This document shows positions 24,959 to 37,500 of a stretch of 64,000 nucleotides of DNA, piece by piece. Every line of letters begins with the position of its first letter. The stretch's first letter is position 1. The notes below the pieces were generated by a model. It did no database searches and was not told the DNA's origin. It saw nothing but the letters and a program-made list of their open reading frames with translations. The DNA is from Geosiphon pyriformis uo1 (lineage: Eukaryota; Fungi; Glomeromycota). Both the position numbers and the translations under genes were made by a program. The DNA lies in assembly GCA_016748015.1 (NCBI GenBank), contig JAAOMT010000135.1:124001-188000 (forward strand), given 5' to 3'.

Positions 24959-25765
24959 TATTACTCATAAAAGAAAACAGATATAGAAATAGTAGACCAA
25001 TAAAAGAGTAGTAGTTAGCATGTGAGCATATTGCTCAGCAATATAGAGCAATATTAGAAAATTAGGACACATTGCTCAGCAATGTAAGCATTGCTTAAGA
25101 AATCATAGCACATTGCTTGGGAATGTGAGTGATCTTATAGAACATCAATTATGTATATATAGCAGTAGTATTAGAAAAAAAAAAGACAGACCTCTCAGTT
25201 TAGATTTAATCTAAGCAACCTTTTATTTACAAATATCAAATAAATAATTATTTACTATCTTAATTTACTCTTTACTATCAACACTTTATGTTGATAGTAA
25301 TTGATACTTAAATACACTGGAACAATAGCTCTTAATCATAGCTATTAACAGAATATTAACATTCATTGTCTTGGCTTATTTTTTTTATTTTTTTTTTATT
25401 TTTTTTTGTTATTTCTTCTGTTTTACTAATTGATTTAAGAGTAAAAGCACTGAATTATTGATGTCAAAGATAGTCTGATAAAAGACTCCAAAGAAAAGAT
25501 ATAACATTGAAAATTTAAGGATAGCTTACCAGAAGGACATTTCTGCCAGATTACCAGCCACTATGCTGAGAAAAAAATTTGATAGAATTGTAATTCTGGG
25601 AGACTACTGAGAAGACAACCATTGAATCTCTGTTTATTATACAAAAAACTCAACCAAACTCTTCAGATACAAATAAACTACAGATATTACCAATTAAGAA
25701 AGCAATTGAGCACCAAGTTATGGATTTGTTATTTGATTTGAGACTCCAAATAATCATCTGTAACA
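24959..25765 (+). repeat. 3' LTR of A1, preceded by PPT aaaaaagaaggagataa
   Basis: Starts ta(tg)ttactcat, ends ctgtaaca. TATA-like tgtatatatagc at ~25152. Confidence 0.9.
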
Positions 25766-28700
25766 CTATATATATTGTTAAAAATTTTTCTTTTGTTAAT
25801 TTTCTGGTCATGATAAGACCAAGAAATTTATCAAAGTTATAGCTTTCTTTTTTTTCTTTTCTCTTTGTTTCCATTAATTATTTTTTCAAATCCTCATATT
25901 TTTGTTATAATGAAACTGGTGGACATGTTTGCTGGTGGTTTTGATACTGATTCAACTAGTTTGAAGACTTGTTTGAATGCCAAAAAAAAATATGTAAACA
26001 ACATCTACTCTTGTAGTGCATCCTACAAGAAACTGAAAAAATCTGTAGATAGTAGTATAATTGACTCATTTACTGATTTTTTGAATTTAAATAATGTTAG
26101 TAGTGCCAGTATTAAATCTGTGGTTTCTTAGAAAAGTAACATTGGCAGTATTAACAACATTGCAAATATTAGTGGTCTATTAGACATTAAAAATATAAAA
26201 AACATAGTTGTTAAGAAAATGAGCTATACAGATTCAAATACTTCAAATAATGTTGAAAATATAGATAAATCTATACTAAAGAAAACTTGCATCTGAACTT
26301 ATGTGTTAGGCCACTCTCTAAAAGCACTTTTGTTCAATAACATGGGTGATAGTGACAACATTTTGGCTCTTCTGTCTTTTAAGTTTGCTGGCTCCAATTA
26401 ACTGCTATTGGTTGAGTCATGTGTTATAAAAAGATGAAGCTTTAAGCCTGTTAAATTATTTGCATTAGATGTTGAGCTGTCTGCTGTGCCAAGTAAAACT
26501 AATAGTAATAAGTTAATTGCTATTAAGAAAGTCTTCTATTAAATTAATAATTTTGGAGGAGTTTCTACTCTCTCAAAATTTTCAGGAATTATCAGATTAT
26601 CTTTTACTTTAGAATCTAATTTGAAAAAGACAAGAGATTTGGCTTTTAGTAAAAATATTTTGGTCAATAATAAGATAAAGAAAGTAAATAACTGATTAAA
26701 TCAGGAAGTAATTGTCAAGAAAATCTCAGTTGATCTTTTCAAATCAGCTGTGGAGTCAGTTTTTTCTAAGTTTGGTAAGATTGTATCAATCAAGATATAG
26801 CTGATTGGTCTTTAGCAAAAGATTCTGGTGGAATATAAATCATTTAAAACAGCTAATTTGGTTGCAGCTAGATGATCTGTACTTATAAGAAAGAATTCTG
26901 TTCATGTAACAAAAGTAATTAATGATAAACAAATATGAGTATTTAAGGATTAACATTGTGCTTTGCTATATACACTACCAGTTGGCATTATTGCTTATGA
27001 TTTCTCTAATTTATTGGCTTCTTATGATGGAAAAACTTGTGTTATTGGCCACAATAAGTATGTTGTGATTTGTTTTAATAATGAAACATCCAGATTGGCT
27101 GCTGTTGGTTCAATTTTTGTCTTTAAAAGTGTGAATTTGTATTGAACTAGTCTTTTTTTGGCTTGCTGTGCTTATTGTAAACAATTTGGTCATGTTTCCA
27201 TTAATTGCTTAGTAAATAAGAATTCTGGTGTTCATGGTAAGTGGTTGGTAACTTCTCAGAATCAGATTTATCTGGCCAATATTTATAAGAAGAAACAGGC
27301 ACCCATCACTTGTTTGGTTTTTTTTAATGACAAAACTTGGGCCCAAATTGCTGGTGGCTCTTCTTCTTATGTGGTTTTATCAGATTCTTTTGGTGCTGAT
27401 TTGTTTTTGGGTTTAAAACTTATCTTAGTGGTTTCTAGTTTTCTTGACATTTCTAGTTTAACTGTTTATTTAAATTCTTTGAAGTGTTCTTTGGAGCTTT
27501 TGGTTGATTATGTATTTGGTATTTTGAAAAAGTTGAGTTTTGTTGAAATAATGCTATTGGCACTCTTTTTTTATATTCTCCTTTTGGTTATTCCTGAGTC
27601 TTTGGTTTCAAGTTTGAATGTAGATATAATTTTGGATAGTGCATTGATGTTATTTGCTTCTCCTTTCTTGGTTGTTAATGATGCAGTTGCAGATTTCAGT
27701 TCAAGTAGTTCTAGGGTGTTAACCTCTAAAGTGGGTGGTTTAAAGTCGAAAACAATGGCTTTGGAAGCATTAGTAAATTTGGTTTTGGAGAAATTAAATC
27801 ATTTGTGTTCTGGTTTGGGTTCATCAACTTTTTTCTTATCTCAATGAGTCAATTGGTTTGGAAATTTGCTATGTGCAATGTTAAAGATATGAACAATCCT
27901 GTTAAGCAAAAAAATATTATTTGTTGATATAAGGAAATGAACAATTTGGTCACCATCATCATTGAAACAAAGTTGAAAGACAAAGTTCATTCTTGGATTA
28001 TAAATAAATTTGATGGAATTCATGTGTTTACTTCTGGTTTAAAGTCTGACTATTTGGGCTTTGGTATTACTGTTATAATGAACATTGGTTTGGCAAAACA
28101 TGTATGAAAGATTTCGAAGATGGCTGGTAGACTCTTGTCTATAAAGCTGTTTTTTAAAAATAAGTTATCTGTTTTAATTTTGGGCCTTTATGTTGGTGTG
28201 CTCTAGCCATACATTTGTTTCAAGCTAATGATGTCAACTCACTAATTGTGAAGACAGTGAATGAATCTTCTTTTGTTGTCTTGGATAAGAACTTCAATAA
28301 GAATGGTTTGTACAAATATGCCAGTTTCAAAAAGTGTCTTAATTTGGGGTTGGTAAATTTTTTGTCAGGTAGTCCAGTTGTTAAAAGTTCTACATAGAAG
28401 AATTTGAGGGGTGCCAAAAAGACAATAGATTTTGTGTTCATTTCTTCAAACTTGGTCAATATAATAGTGAGTTATGATGTTTTGGATATTAGTAAACACT
28501 TTAACACTAATTACCATGTTGTCTTTATGTTTATAAGTCTGAGTAGTCTGTTAAATATATAATTAAATTTACTTTATAAACAGACAAATAGGGATTGTTA
28601 GAAGTTTGATGTCAAGGGTACTAGTAAAACAGATTAGTATAGGTTTAAAGAGTCTATGGCAGTTAATATGACATTGTTTTCTGATGAGTTTGTTGTTTTC

Positions 28701-28807
28701 AAGGGGTTTCTAGATCTAGATGCTATGTGAAATGTTGTTTGCAAAGTAATATGTCTCTTGGCAAATAAGATCTTCAAAAAAAAGTGGTTCAAAGGTTATG
28801 ATAGTGT

Positions 28808-29558
28808 TGTTACAAGTTGAAATAACAAGCTAACAGATAACAAAGGAGAACAGAATTGTAGAGTAATGAAAGAAATCAAAGAGAATTCAATTTTAAAGAG
28901 CAAATTGAGTGAGTATAGATTCAATGTACAAGATTAGTCTTATAAAATATCTTAGTCATTATATTTTTCAAAAGATAACTGAAAAATCTGAAGGTAGAGA
29001 AATAGTTCATACTGTCAACAAATAATTACATACTGGTATAATTCTATGCCTTACATTAATGCTCTTAAAATTCAATATCAGATATTAGATATACTCTTTA
29101 GTCATGTTTTATTCAATAATCTTCAAATGCTATAATTACATGTTTCAAGAAAAAGGTAAAAAATAACCAACAAGTAATCTTTTATCCCAAGATATTCAGA
29201 TACTTGAAGATAAGAAAAGAGAAATTAGTGATAAGAAAATGATTAAAATAAAAGTTGTTATTTTATTTATTTTCTTTCTTTAATTCTTATATGCTTTTCT
29301 ATAGCTAAAAGATTTATTGTTTATATAACTATCAAAAGTAGTCAATAATCAAGTCAATAACTAGATCAATAATCAGATCAATAATTAGATCAATAATCAA
29401 GTCAATAACTAGGTCAATGATCAGGTTAATAATCAGGTCAATAGTCAAGTCAATAATCAGATCAATGATCACTATCTAAAAATAAAGTGGCAAATTATGT
29501 AACATCAATGGCTAATACATGTGATAATTAATAAAAAGTGTAAGTTTCAACTGTAATA
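28808..29558 (-). repeat. 3' LTR of B
   Basis: Matches 47888-47992 plus 58957-59493. The adjacent ttatcttctttaaa is the PPT on the minus strand. Confidence 0.88.
29340..29470. repeat. 12-bp tandem array (~11 units, consensus GGTCAATGATCA) in the B LTR
   Basis: gtcaataatcaa gtcaataactag atcaataatcag atcaataattag ... read directly. Confidence 0.9.
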
Positions 29559-29567
29559 TTATCTTCT

Positions 29568-30175
29568 TTAAAGAGATTAAGCTCTGGCAAAATCAAGTTA
29601 TTCATGAAATAATCTATTTAAAGAGTTTTGTTTAATTCAAAACTAACTAGTTTATTGAAGTTTTTGGTAAATAAGATGTATAATATTTGAGGCAAAATAA
29701 GTTTTGTATTCAAGAAATTAAATCTTTGTATTAGAGTTTTGGCTTTTTTAGCAATAGTTAAAATTCTAACTATATAATGCCCAAAATTTCTGCCTATATT
29801 TCTGAGATTGTTTTTTTTATAAGTTTTATATCTTTTATAATTTCACCAAGACAACCATAGAGTTCTAATTGTCTTTCATATAACAAATTTTTATCTATGG
29901 GCAAAATTTCTTGGATTGTTTTTCCAATTGTGCTGGAAGATAAGAATATAATTGCTGTTATACTTTTTAACAAATATTTATCCATTTTGCTACCAATTTT
30001 TTCTCTTCTAATAGTGGTTTTTTTTGGTCTAATAACAGTATATATTTCACTGTTATCAGTTATAGTAGTCTGTTTTTCAATAGTCATAGTAGCATTTGAA
30101 TAGTTTTTGATCCAATATTTATGAAAAGTATAGAAAGTGTTTTGAATATTTTGGTCCAGAAAATAATTATTCATA
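29568..30175 (-). pseudogene. Uncharacterised 3' ORF of B
   Basis: Lies downstream of integrase. The ORF 29794..30270 frame (…ERQLELYGCLGEII…) continues with frameshifts to DFARA*(=DFAGAQ) beside the PPT. Confidence 0.6.
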
Positions 30176-33100
30176 TTGATTGAAGATACTTCTGTTTTGG
30201 GAATAGTGCATTTATTTATACTTGATTTTTGCTGATTATTTGGGTCGGTATTACCACAACAAGCAACCAATCAGGTTGTTTATAATATTTTTTGAGTCAT
30301 GTATCATAAACAGGATGATCATTAAAGATAGTTCCAAATTAATCTTAAAGAATATAAGAACCCTTGTTTAAAACTTTGTTGACTAAAAAGGGTCTTTTCT
30401 ATCAGTTAGAGATTTATCACCATAGATATTGTCTTTGTCTGAATGGTATTCTAATATCAAGTTATTAATACTTAAAGAAAGTGTTTTATAGGTTTTCTTT
30501 TTTTTAAGCTTTTCTTAGAACTGTTTTATCTTTTCAAAAGCAATTATTCATGCTTCTATCAAGAAGCCAAGAATGATACCAAGTTTTCTTTACAAAATGT
30601 CTTTGTAATTTCTTATTGTAATCTTTTCAAAAAGTTTTGTTTTAATGTTAGTTTCTATTGGTAGTGTTGTCATGCATCTATAGAGCAGATAAAAAGGTTT
30701 ATAACTTGTTATGTCATAATTCACAGTTCTATAAGCAAACAAAGCTAAAGACAGTACTTTGTTTCATAAGTTTGTTTTTTCACTGGTTTTGGCTAAGGTT
30801 TCATATAGTGTTTTATTAAAATGTTTCACTAGGCCATTTGTTTGAGAATAGTAAAAGGAGAAAAGTTTATAATATATTCCCATTTTTTTGCAAAGTTCTT
30901 TAATCAGTGTACTGAGAAAAGCTCTTTCTTTATCAAATAAAAGTTTTTTGGAGCAGCCATGATGGCAGATAATATGTTCATAAATAAAATTGGCTATTAA
31001 GACTGCTGTTTAGTTTGGAGTGGCTCTTGCTTCTACCCACTTTGTAAGATAGTCAGTAGCTGTAATAATGTATCTATTGTTATTAGGAGTTATTGTTAAA
31101 AGTCCAACAACATCTATACTAATTCTGTCAAATAGTTGACTAACAGAGATTGAATGAATTTTTTTTTGCAATTAAGTTTGCTTCTTCTTTGGCAAATGTC
31201 ACAGGTTTTGATATATTCAATAATGTTTTTTCTCAAAGTAGGCTAATAATAGCAAGCTAAAGTTTTCTGAATGGTTTTTGTTTTTCCAAAGTGTCCAGCT
31301 AATGGGTTAGTATACATGTTGTATATTACAATTTCTTTTTTTCAAATCTGATAACTCTTTGAAAGCAGTCAAGATTTTTTTTGTTTCTTTTATATAATTG
31401 GTTTTGGTAGATTAAATAGAAATTTGATTGTTTGCACAAATGTTTTCTTTGCTGTCAAGTGTATTTTGGTGGGTATTGTCTTTTACTCAAAAATTTTATT
31501 AAGGCAGAATAGTTGTCCAAGTCTATTATTGTGTTTGTTAAAAAAAGAATTATTAATAATTAAGATGAATTGGTTTAAGAAGCTTGTATTGTCACTGAAT
31601 GATAAGTTTAGAGAGAGCATCAGCATTTTGATGATTTGTTCTTTTGTGGTGTTGAATATTATAGTCAAATTCATCTAAGTAGAGTATTTAGTGAGTTATT
31701 TGTTTGTGTTCCAGCTTTTTTTTATTGTGTAGCCAAACCAAGGCTTGATTATCTGTTACCACTAAGAATTTTACACCAAAAAAATATTGGTCCCAGTAAC
31801 TCGTAGCCCAAACTACTGCTAAATATTCTTGTTCAGTTATTGAGTAGTTTTTTTCTGCTGATATGAAGGATCTACTGACATATGCTATAGCATGTTCCCT
31901 GTCATTTTTATTTTTTTGTAAGAGAACAGCACCAAGTCTATAACCAGATGTGTTAGTGTAGAGAATAAAAGATTGATTCAGATTAGGTTGCTTAAAGATT
32001 GATTTAGTAATAAGTTTTTTCTTCAGAATTTCAAAAGTTTTTTGTTAATAAGTGCTCCAGTAATAATTGATATTTTTTTTGAATAGCTGATTAAAAAGAA
32101 AGGCAATTTTGAAGAAATTCTTAATAAATTTGCAATAGTAAGAAGCCAAATCAAAGAAAGAGCATAATTCAAAAATATTCATCAGTTGTCTAATGTTCTG
32201 GATTTTTTCAATCTTAGTTGGATCAGAAAAAATTCCATTTTTTGTAATAAAATAACCAAAAAACTGGGTGGATTGATGTTTAAAGAAAGATTTGATTAGA
32301 TTTATTTTGAGATCAGCATTTCTAAGCAGGTCAAAAACTTTTTGCAAGTGTTCAAAAAGTTTATTCCAGGTTTTTGAATATATCATTATATTATCTAAGT
32401 AGACTAAAACAAAGTTTTCTTTTACTGCTTTAAATACTTTGTCCATTAGGCATTAAAAGGTAAAAAAAGCATTGGTAAGACCAAAAAGCATGACTGTAAA
32501 TTTATAGATGCCATACTTGGTAATAAAAACAGTTTTTTTTTTGCTTTCTGAATTCATCTCTATTTGCCAGAATTTAGCAGTTAGGTTAATAGTTGAAAAG
32601 AAAACAGCACCATTGAATTTATCTAGCATTGCATTAATTTTGGGAAGTGGATACATGTCTTTTATAGTAATGACATTTAATTAGTGATAGTCAACACAGA
32701 AGCATAGGGTTCTATTTTTCTTGGATACCACTACAACTGGAAAAGCCTATTTACTCTTGGTTTTTTGTATGAATCCAAGATTTTTCATTTGAGTTATCTC
32801 TTTCTTAATAAACTCATCATTATGCCAATTGGATTAATAAGACTTCAAATAAATAAGATGAGTTTCTTTAATGGTAATAGTGTGTTGTATCACATGGGTT
32901 CATCTAGAGGTGTTATCTTCTTTTGAGATAACTGGGCTATTTCTAACCAACAAGTTTTCAATGTCCACTTTTCTTTCTTTAAGAGAATGTTTTTTTTGTT
33001 CTATAACTAGTAATTGGATTTCAGATGGTTTATTCTCAAAAGACTTTTGTACTTCTTTTAGTTTTTCTCTGAATATCAAACTAATTAGCTTCCAACCTTT

Positions 33101-33652
33101 GTAATAGATTAAGCAGAACTTGTATTTATTACTAGGGGAATATAAAAATTTATTGCACCAGTATCTGACACAAGGACCATACCACCAATAGCTGTATTTG
33201 GCTTTTTTACCAGGTTTTCTATTAAAAATTCTTCTGAGAATATTATAATAAGGCCAGCAGATTAGCTTGTTATTTACTATGATTCCTTTTTTGTTAGCTT
33301 TAATATTGTCCAGTAGCTTGTCATTGCTGGTAAAAATTGTATAAGTGAGTTCAGCAGTTTTTTTTTGTTCTTTTTTTTCATTGTTTTCATTATTATCTGA
33401 TTCATCTGATTGTTTTTTTTCTTGGTTTTGCTTGGGTACTAAAAGAGTTGTCCAATAACAGCATTTAATCATAATGGGCTTTTCATTACATCTGATAATT
33501 AGTTTACAAAGTTTATAATTAAGTAATGTTTTGGCTTTCTTAAGCCATTCATTGCCAACAATTATAATATACTTTTTTGCTTTAGATACTTCTATGTTAG
33601 TTTCAATGTTGATGCCATTAATGCAGACAAAAACAGCTTTGGCTATGCCTAG

Positions 33653-34537
33653 TGTTACAGATGATTATTTGGGATCTCAAATCAAATAACAAATCCATAA
33701 CTTGGTGCTCAATATCTTAACAATGCTGGTGATACTGGTACGTTAGTTCTATCTAAAGATTTTAGAGTTGAGTCTTTTGTATAATGAACAGAAATTTAAT
33801 GATGATATAGTTGGTTGGTGAGTTGTGTTCCCAATTTCTGTTTTCAGCTTAGTGGCCGGTTTATTCTGGCAGTTGTGCTCTTCTGGTAAGCTATCTATTA
33901 ATATATATATAATTTTACTTTTATTTCTGGGTCTTTTACCAGGCTATCCATAATGTTAATTACTCAGCACTTTAATCCTTAATCAGTTAGTATATGACAG
34001 TAAAAATCAAAGAAAGAAAAAAATAAAAGAAAATAAAGAAATAAGCCAAGATGATGTGCATGTTAGTATCTCGTCAATAGCCGTGATCAAGAGCTATTGT
34101 TCCAGTGTGGTTAGATAGCAATTACTATCAACATAAAGTGTTGATAGTGGAGAGTAGATGTGGATAGTGAATGATTTATTTATTTAATATTTGTGAATGG
34201 AAGATTTCTAACTAAAGAATTCTTATTTTTCTACTTTTAACACTATGACTATATATATATAATTGATGTTCTATAAGATTGCTCACATTTCTGAGTGATG
34301 TGCTATGATTTCTTGAGCAATGCTTATATTGGTAAGTGATGTGCTCTAATTTTCTAACATCACTCCACATTGCTAAGCAATGTGCTATGTTTTCTGATAT
34401 TGCTCTATATTGCTGAGCAATATGCTGTAATTTCTATTATTGCTCTACATTGCTGAGCAATGTGTTCACGTGCTACCTACTATTTACTTATTGGTCTACT
34501 ATTCTCTCTATATCTGTTTTTTTTTTTATAAATAACA
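33653..34537 (-). repeat. 3' LTR of A2
   Basis: Direct repeat of 43815-44698. Contains a ~39-bp-period CATTGCT(G)AGCAATG array at ~34285-34470. Confidence 0.92.
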
Positions 34538-37500
34538 TTATCTCCTTCTTTTTAATATTGAGCTCTATCAAAATCTTTATTCTGAATTAGCTCTAATACT
34601 TCTTTTTCTAGTATTGTTTATTTGACTTTATTTTTCATATTTTCTACTTGTACATTGTTCATTCTTCCCCATTGGTTAATGGTTATGGTTTCCATGTCAG
34701 AGTGTAACAGTATTTCTGAATAGTTCTAAAATATATTGTGCAGTCAATAAATTGTTCTCACATGTAGTATTAAGTTCGTCTTTTTTCCAATAAATTTTTC
34801 AATTTGCTGTATTATGTTTTGGTTAAATATCCTCTTGGATTTGTCAATATACAACTCTTGAATATTCAATTTTCGACCTAACTGGTAGTAACAGTATGAT
34901 ATTGAAAGTTGTTCTGTCTATTGCTTCCAATTCTCTTTTGTAAGTTCTTTTGTTGATGTCATAATAGGTATTTTCCCAAAAGTGTTCTTTACTTTTTCTA
35001 TTATTTTATCTGACCAGTTTTTATTATTCTTTAGTAACTGCTAATATGGTGTATTTTTTGTCTTTCTTTTGGTGTTTCGATAGCAAATTGTTTGGTTGTT
35101 AATGATAATTTCCATGTCTAAAGATTGTTGACTTAAGACCTGGAATAATTGTTGAGCTATGATGTGAATATGATCTAGTATTTCTATTTTTTTTTTTTCT
35201 TGGTTGCCTTTGTCACGTATACTGTGTCTTTATATATTCTTTCATTGTTTGATTTTATGTGTTTGGTCCAATGATTATAATTGGTTCCAGATCTTATGGA
35301 ATCTCCTCTGGTTGAACTAGTATTTATTGTACTCCCAATTGTAGAATGTTATTGATAGATGATAATATTATTTGGTAATATGGTTTCAGTCGATCACCAT
35401 GTGCTGTTTTGGTTAAGATTTTGTTGTCCCATCTTAATTTATAAGCTTTATTTCCAAGAATTTCTTCTATGTAAAATGGTCTGTCCCATTTGGAGTCGAA
35501 TTTTCTACTCCATTGTTTTTTTGCTTTGGTATGATGTAAAAATACTTTGTCTTTAATCTTGAATTCGATTGGTTTATCTGGTAATTGGTTATTATGTCAT
35601 TTTTTTTGCTTTTCTTGAAACTTTTAAATATTATCAGCTGCTTTTCGTCATCTGTTTTCTAGTGTTTCTATTAGGTCATATGTTCTTTTCAACAATGTTT
35701 TTTGGAAATTAGCTTCTGTTATTGGTTTAGTTGAATATGTGTTGACTTTTATTTCAACTGGTAATGTTGCTGTTCTACCATATACTAATTCAAATGGTGT
35801 TGCTTGTGTAGTATTTTGTTTCATTGTTTGATAAGCAAATAATACTAATGGTATAAACAAATCCCATTTATCTTGATTTTCTTGACTGATTTTGATGATT
35901 GCTTTACACAATGTTCTATTGAATCTTTCAACTAGTCTATTGATTTATGAATGATATAATGATGATAATGGTCTTTTTATCCCAAATCTCTGACTTAATT
36001 CTGTTAATGTTTTATTCACAAAATGAGTTCCTTGATCTGATAGTAGTTCTTTTAGACATCTGTGTTAACATATCAAATCTTGATGGACAAATTCAGCAAT
36101 GGATTCTGCATCTGCTCTTTGAATGGCTTTTGTTTCTGGCCATTTTGTGAGATAGTTCATAGCTACTGCAATATATCTGTTGCTTCTACTGGTGATTGTT
36201 AATGGTCTGACTAAGTTAATTCCAATGTGATCAAATGGTTGTTCTACTTTGATTGGTCTTAAAGGTTTATTGGGTTTTGTTTCATCTCTTCTTTGACAAG
36301 CATCACAACTTTGAACATATTGGATGATGTCTGGATATATTGATGGCCAATAGTATCTTTTTCTGGTTCTTTTTATGGTTGCTTCTTTATAAAAATGTCC
36401 TGCTGTTGGATTTGAGTACATGTTAAATAATATTGTTTCTTTTTTTGATTCTGTAATTACTCTGGTTGGTTGGTCTGAATTTTTTCTGTTTTTTCAGTAA
36501 ATTATATTTTGATGATTGATGAAATATTTTGATTGCTGTTTTATGTTGTTTTGTTTTTTTTGAAATAATTTCTCCTTGAACGATTAAGTATTTATATAAT
36601 GCTGGAGTTGTTGGTATTTTTGTGTGTTCATCTTTTGTTATATTTTTGGGTTGAAATGTTTTTAGATTTGTCTCATTCATGACAATCTGTTAGCATTTCT
36701 ATTGTTTTTTCTCTTTTTATAATGTACTGTATAATTAAATAGTGAAAGTTCTATTTTCCATCTGACATGACGATCATCTGCAAATTTTTGTTTCTGGATT
36801 GAAGTTAATCCTTTGTGATCTGTATATATTTCAAACTTTTGGCTCAAGTATTCTCTCCATTTGATGACAGCCCAATAGATTGTTAAGTGTTTTAATGCTG
36901 GAGTTCCATAGTTCTTTTCAGCTGAACTTAAACTTCTACTGGCATAAGCTACTGGATGCTCTCTTCTATCAGGTCTTTTCTGTGATAGTACTGCTTCCAA
37001 TGCTTGACCTGATGCATTAGTAATAATAATAAATGGTTTGTTGTGATCTGGATACATCAATACTGGAGCTTGAATAAGCTTTCTTCTCAATGTGTTGAAT
37101 GCTTCTTGTTGAGCTTCAGTCCATTCATACTTCATATTTTTGGTTTGTAGATGGTGAAATGGCTGAGCTAGTTTAGAAAAGTTCTTGATGAAGTGGTGAT
37201 AGTAGTCTGCAAATCCCAAAAATGCCCTTAATTCTGACAAGTTGGCTGGTACTGGAAAGTTCTTAACTACTTTGATCTTGTCTAGATCTGTTTTGATTCC
37301 ATCTTTGCTTATCACATGTCTTAAAAACTTGAGTTCAGTTTTTCTAAAGAAACATTTGGTTGCATTTAGTTTCAATCCAGCTTTTCTTAATTTTTCAAAT
37401 ACTTGTTGGAGATGATACAAATGATCATCAAATGTTTTTGAGAACACATTGGTGTTATTCAAGTATATGACTACTGATTTTCATAGTAATTCAGTATAGA

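Larger units (their letters stand above)
15806..25765 (+). mobile_element. Ty3/Gypsy LTR retrotransposon A1, full length, inactivated (gag-PR-Cys-rich-dUTPase-RT-RNaseH / IN / 3' ORF)
   Basis: Paired LTRs, PBS and PPT. gag IAKIEKFTG..WLND, knuckle CHYCGKQRH, protease FILNS(=DSG), RT, RNase H, integrase in Gypsy order. Many stops arise from transitions. No clear TSD. Confidence 0.93.

Noticed and set aside
29340-29470. CRISPR-like array
   Set aside because: Contiguous 12-bp units with no unique spacers, inside an LTR in eukaryotic DNA, with no cas genes.
34552-35245. env gene as the identity of the 3' ORF
   Set aside because: Only ~200-230 codons, with no signal peptide, transmembrane segment or furin/fusion motif visible.
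36677-37462. Stop-codon reassignment or readthrough explaining in-frame stops in TE genes
   Set aside because: Most stops are copy-specific and trace to C>T/G>A changes, and host genes use the standard code.
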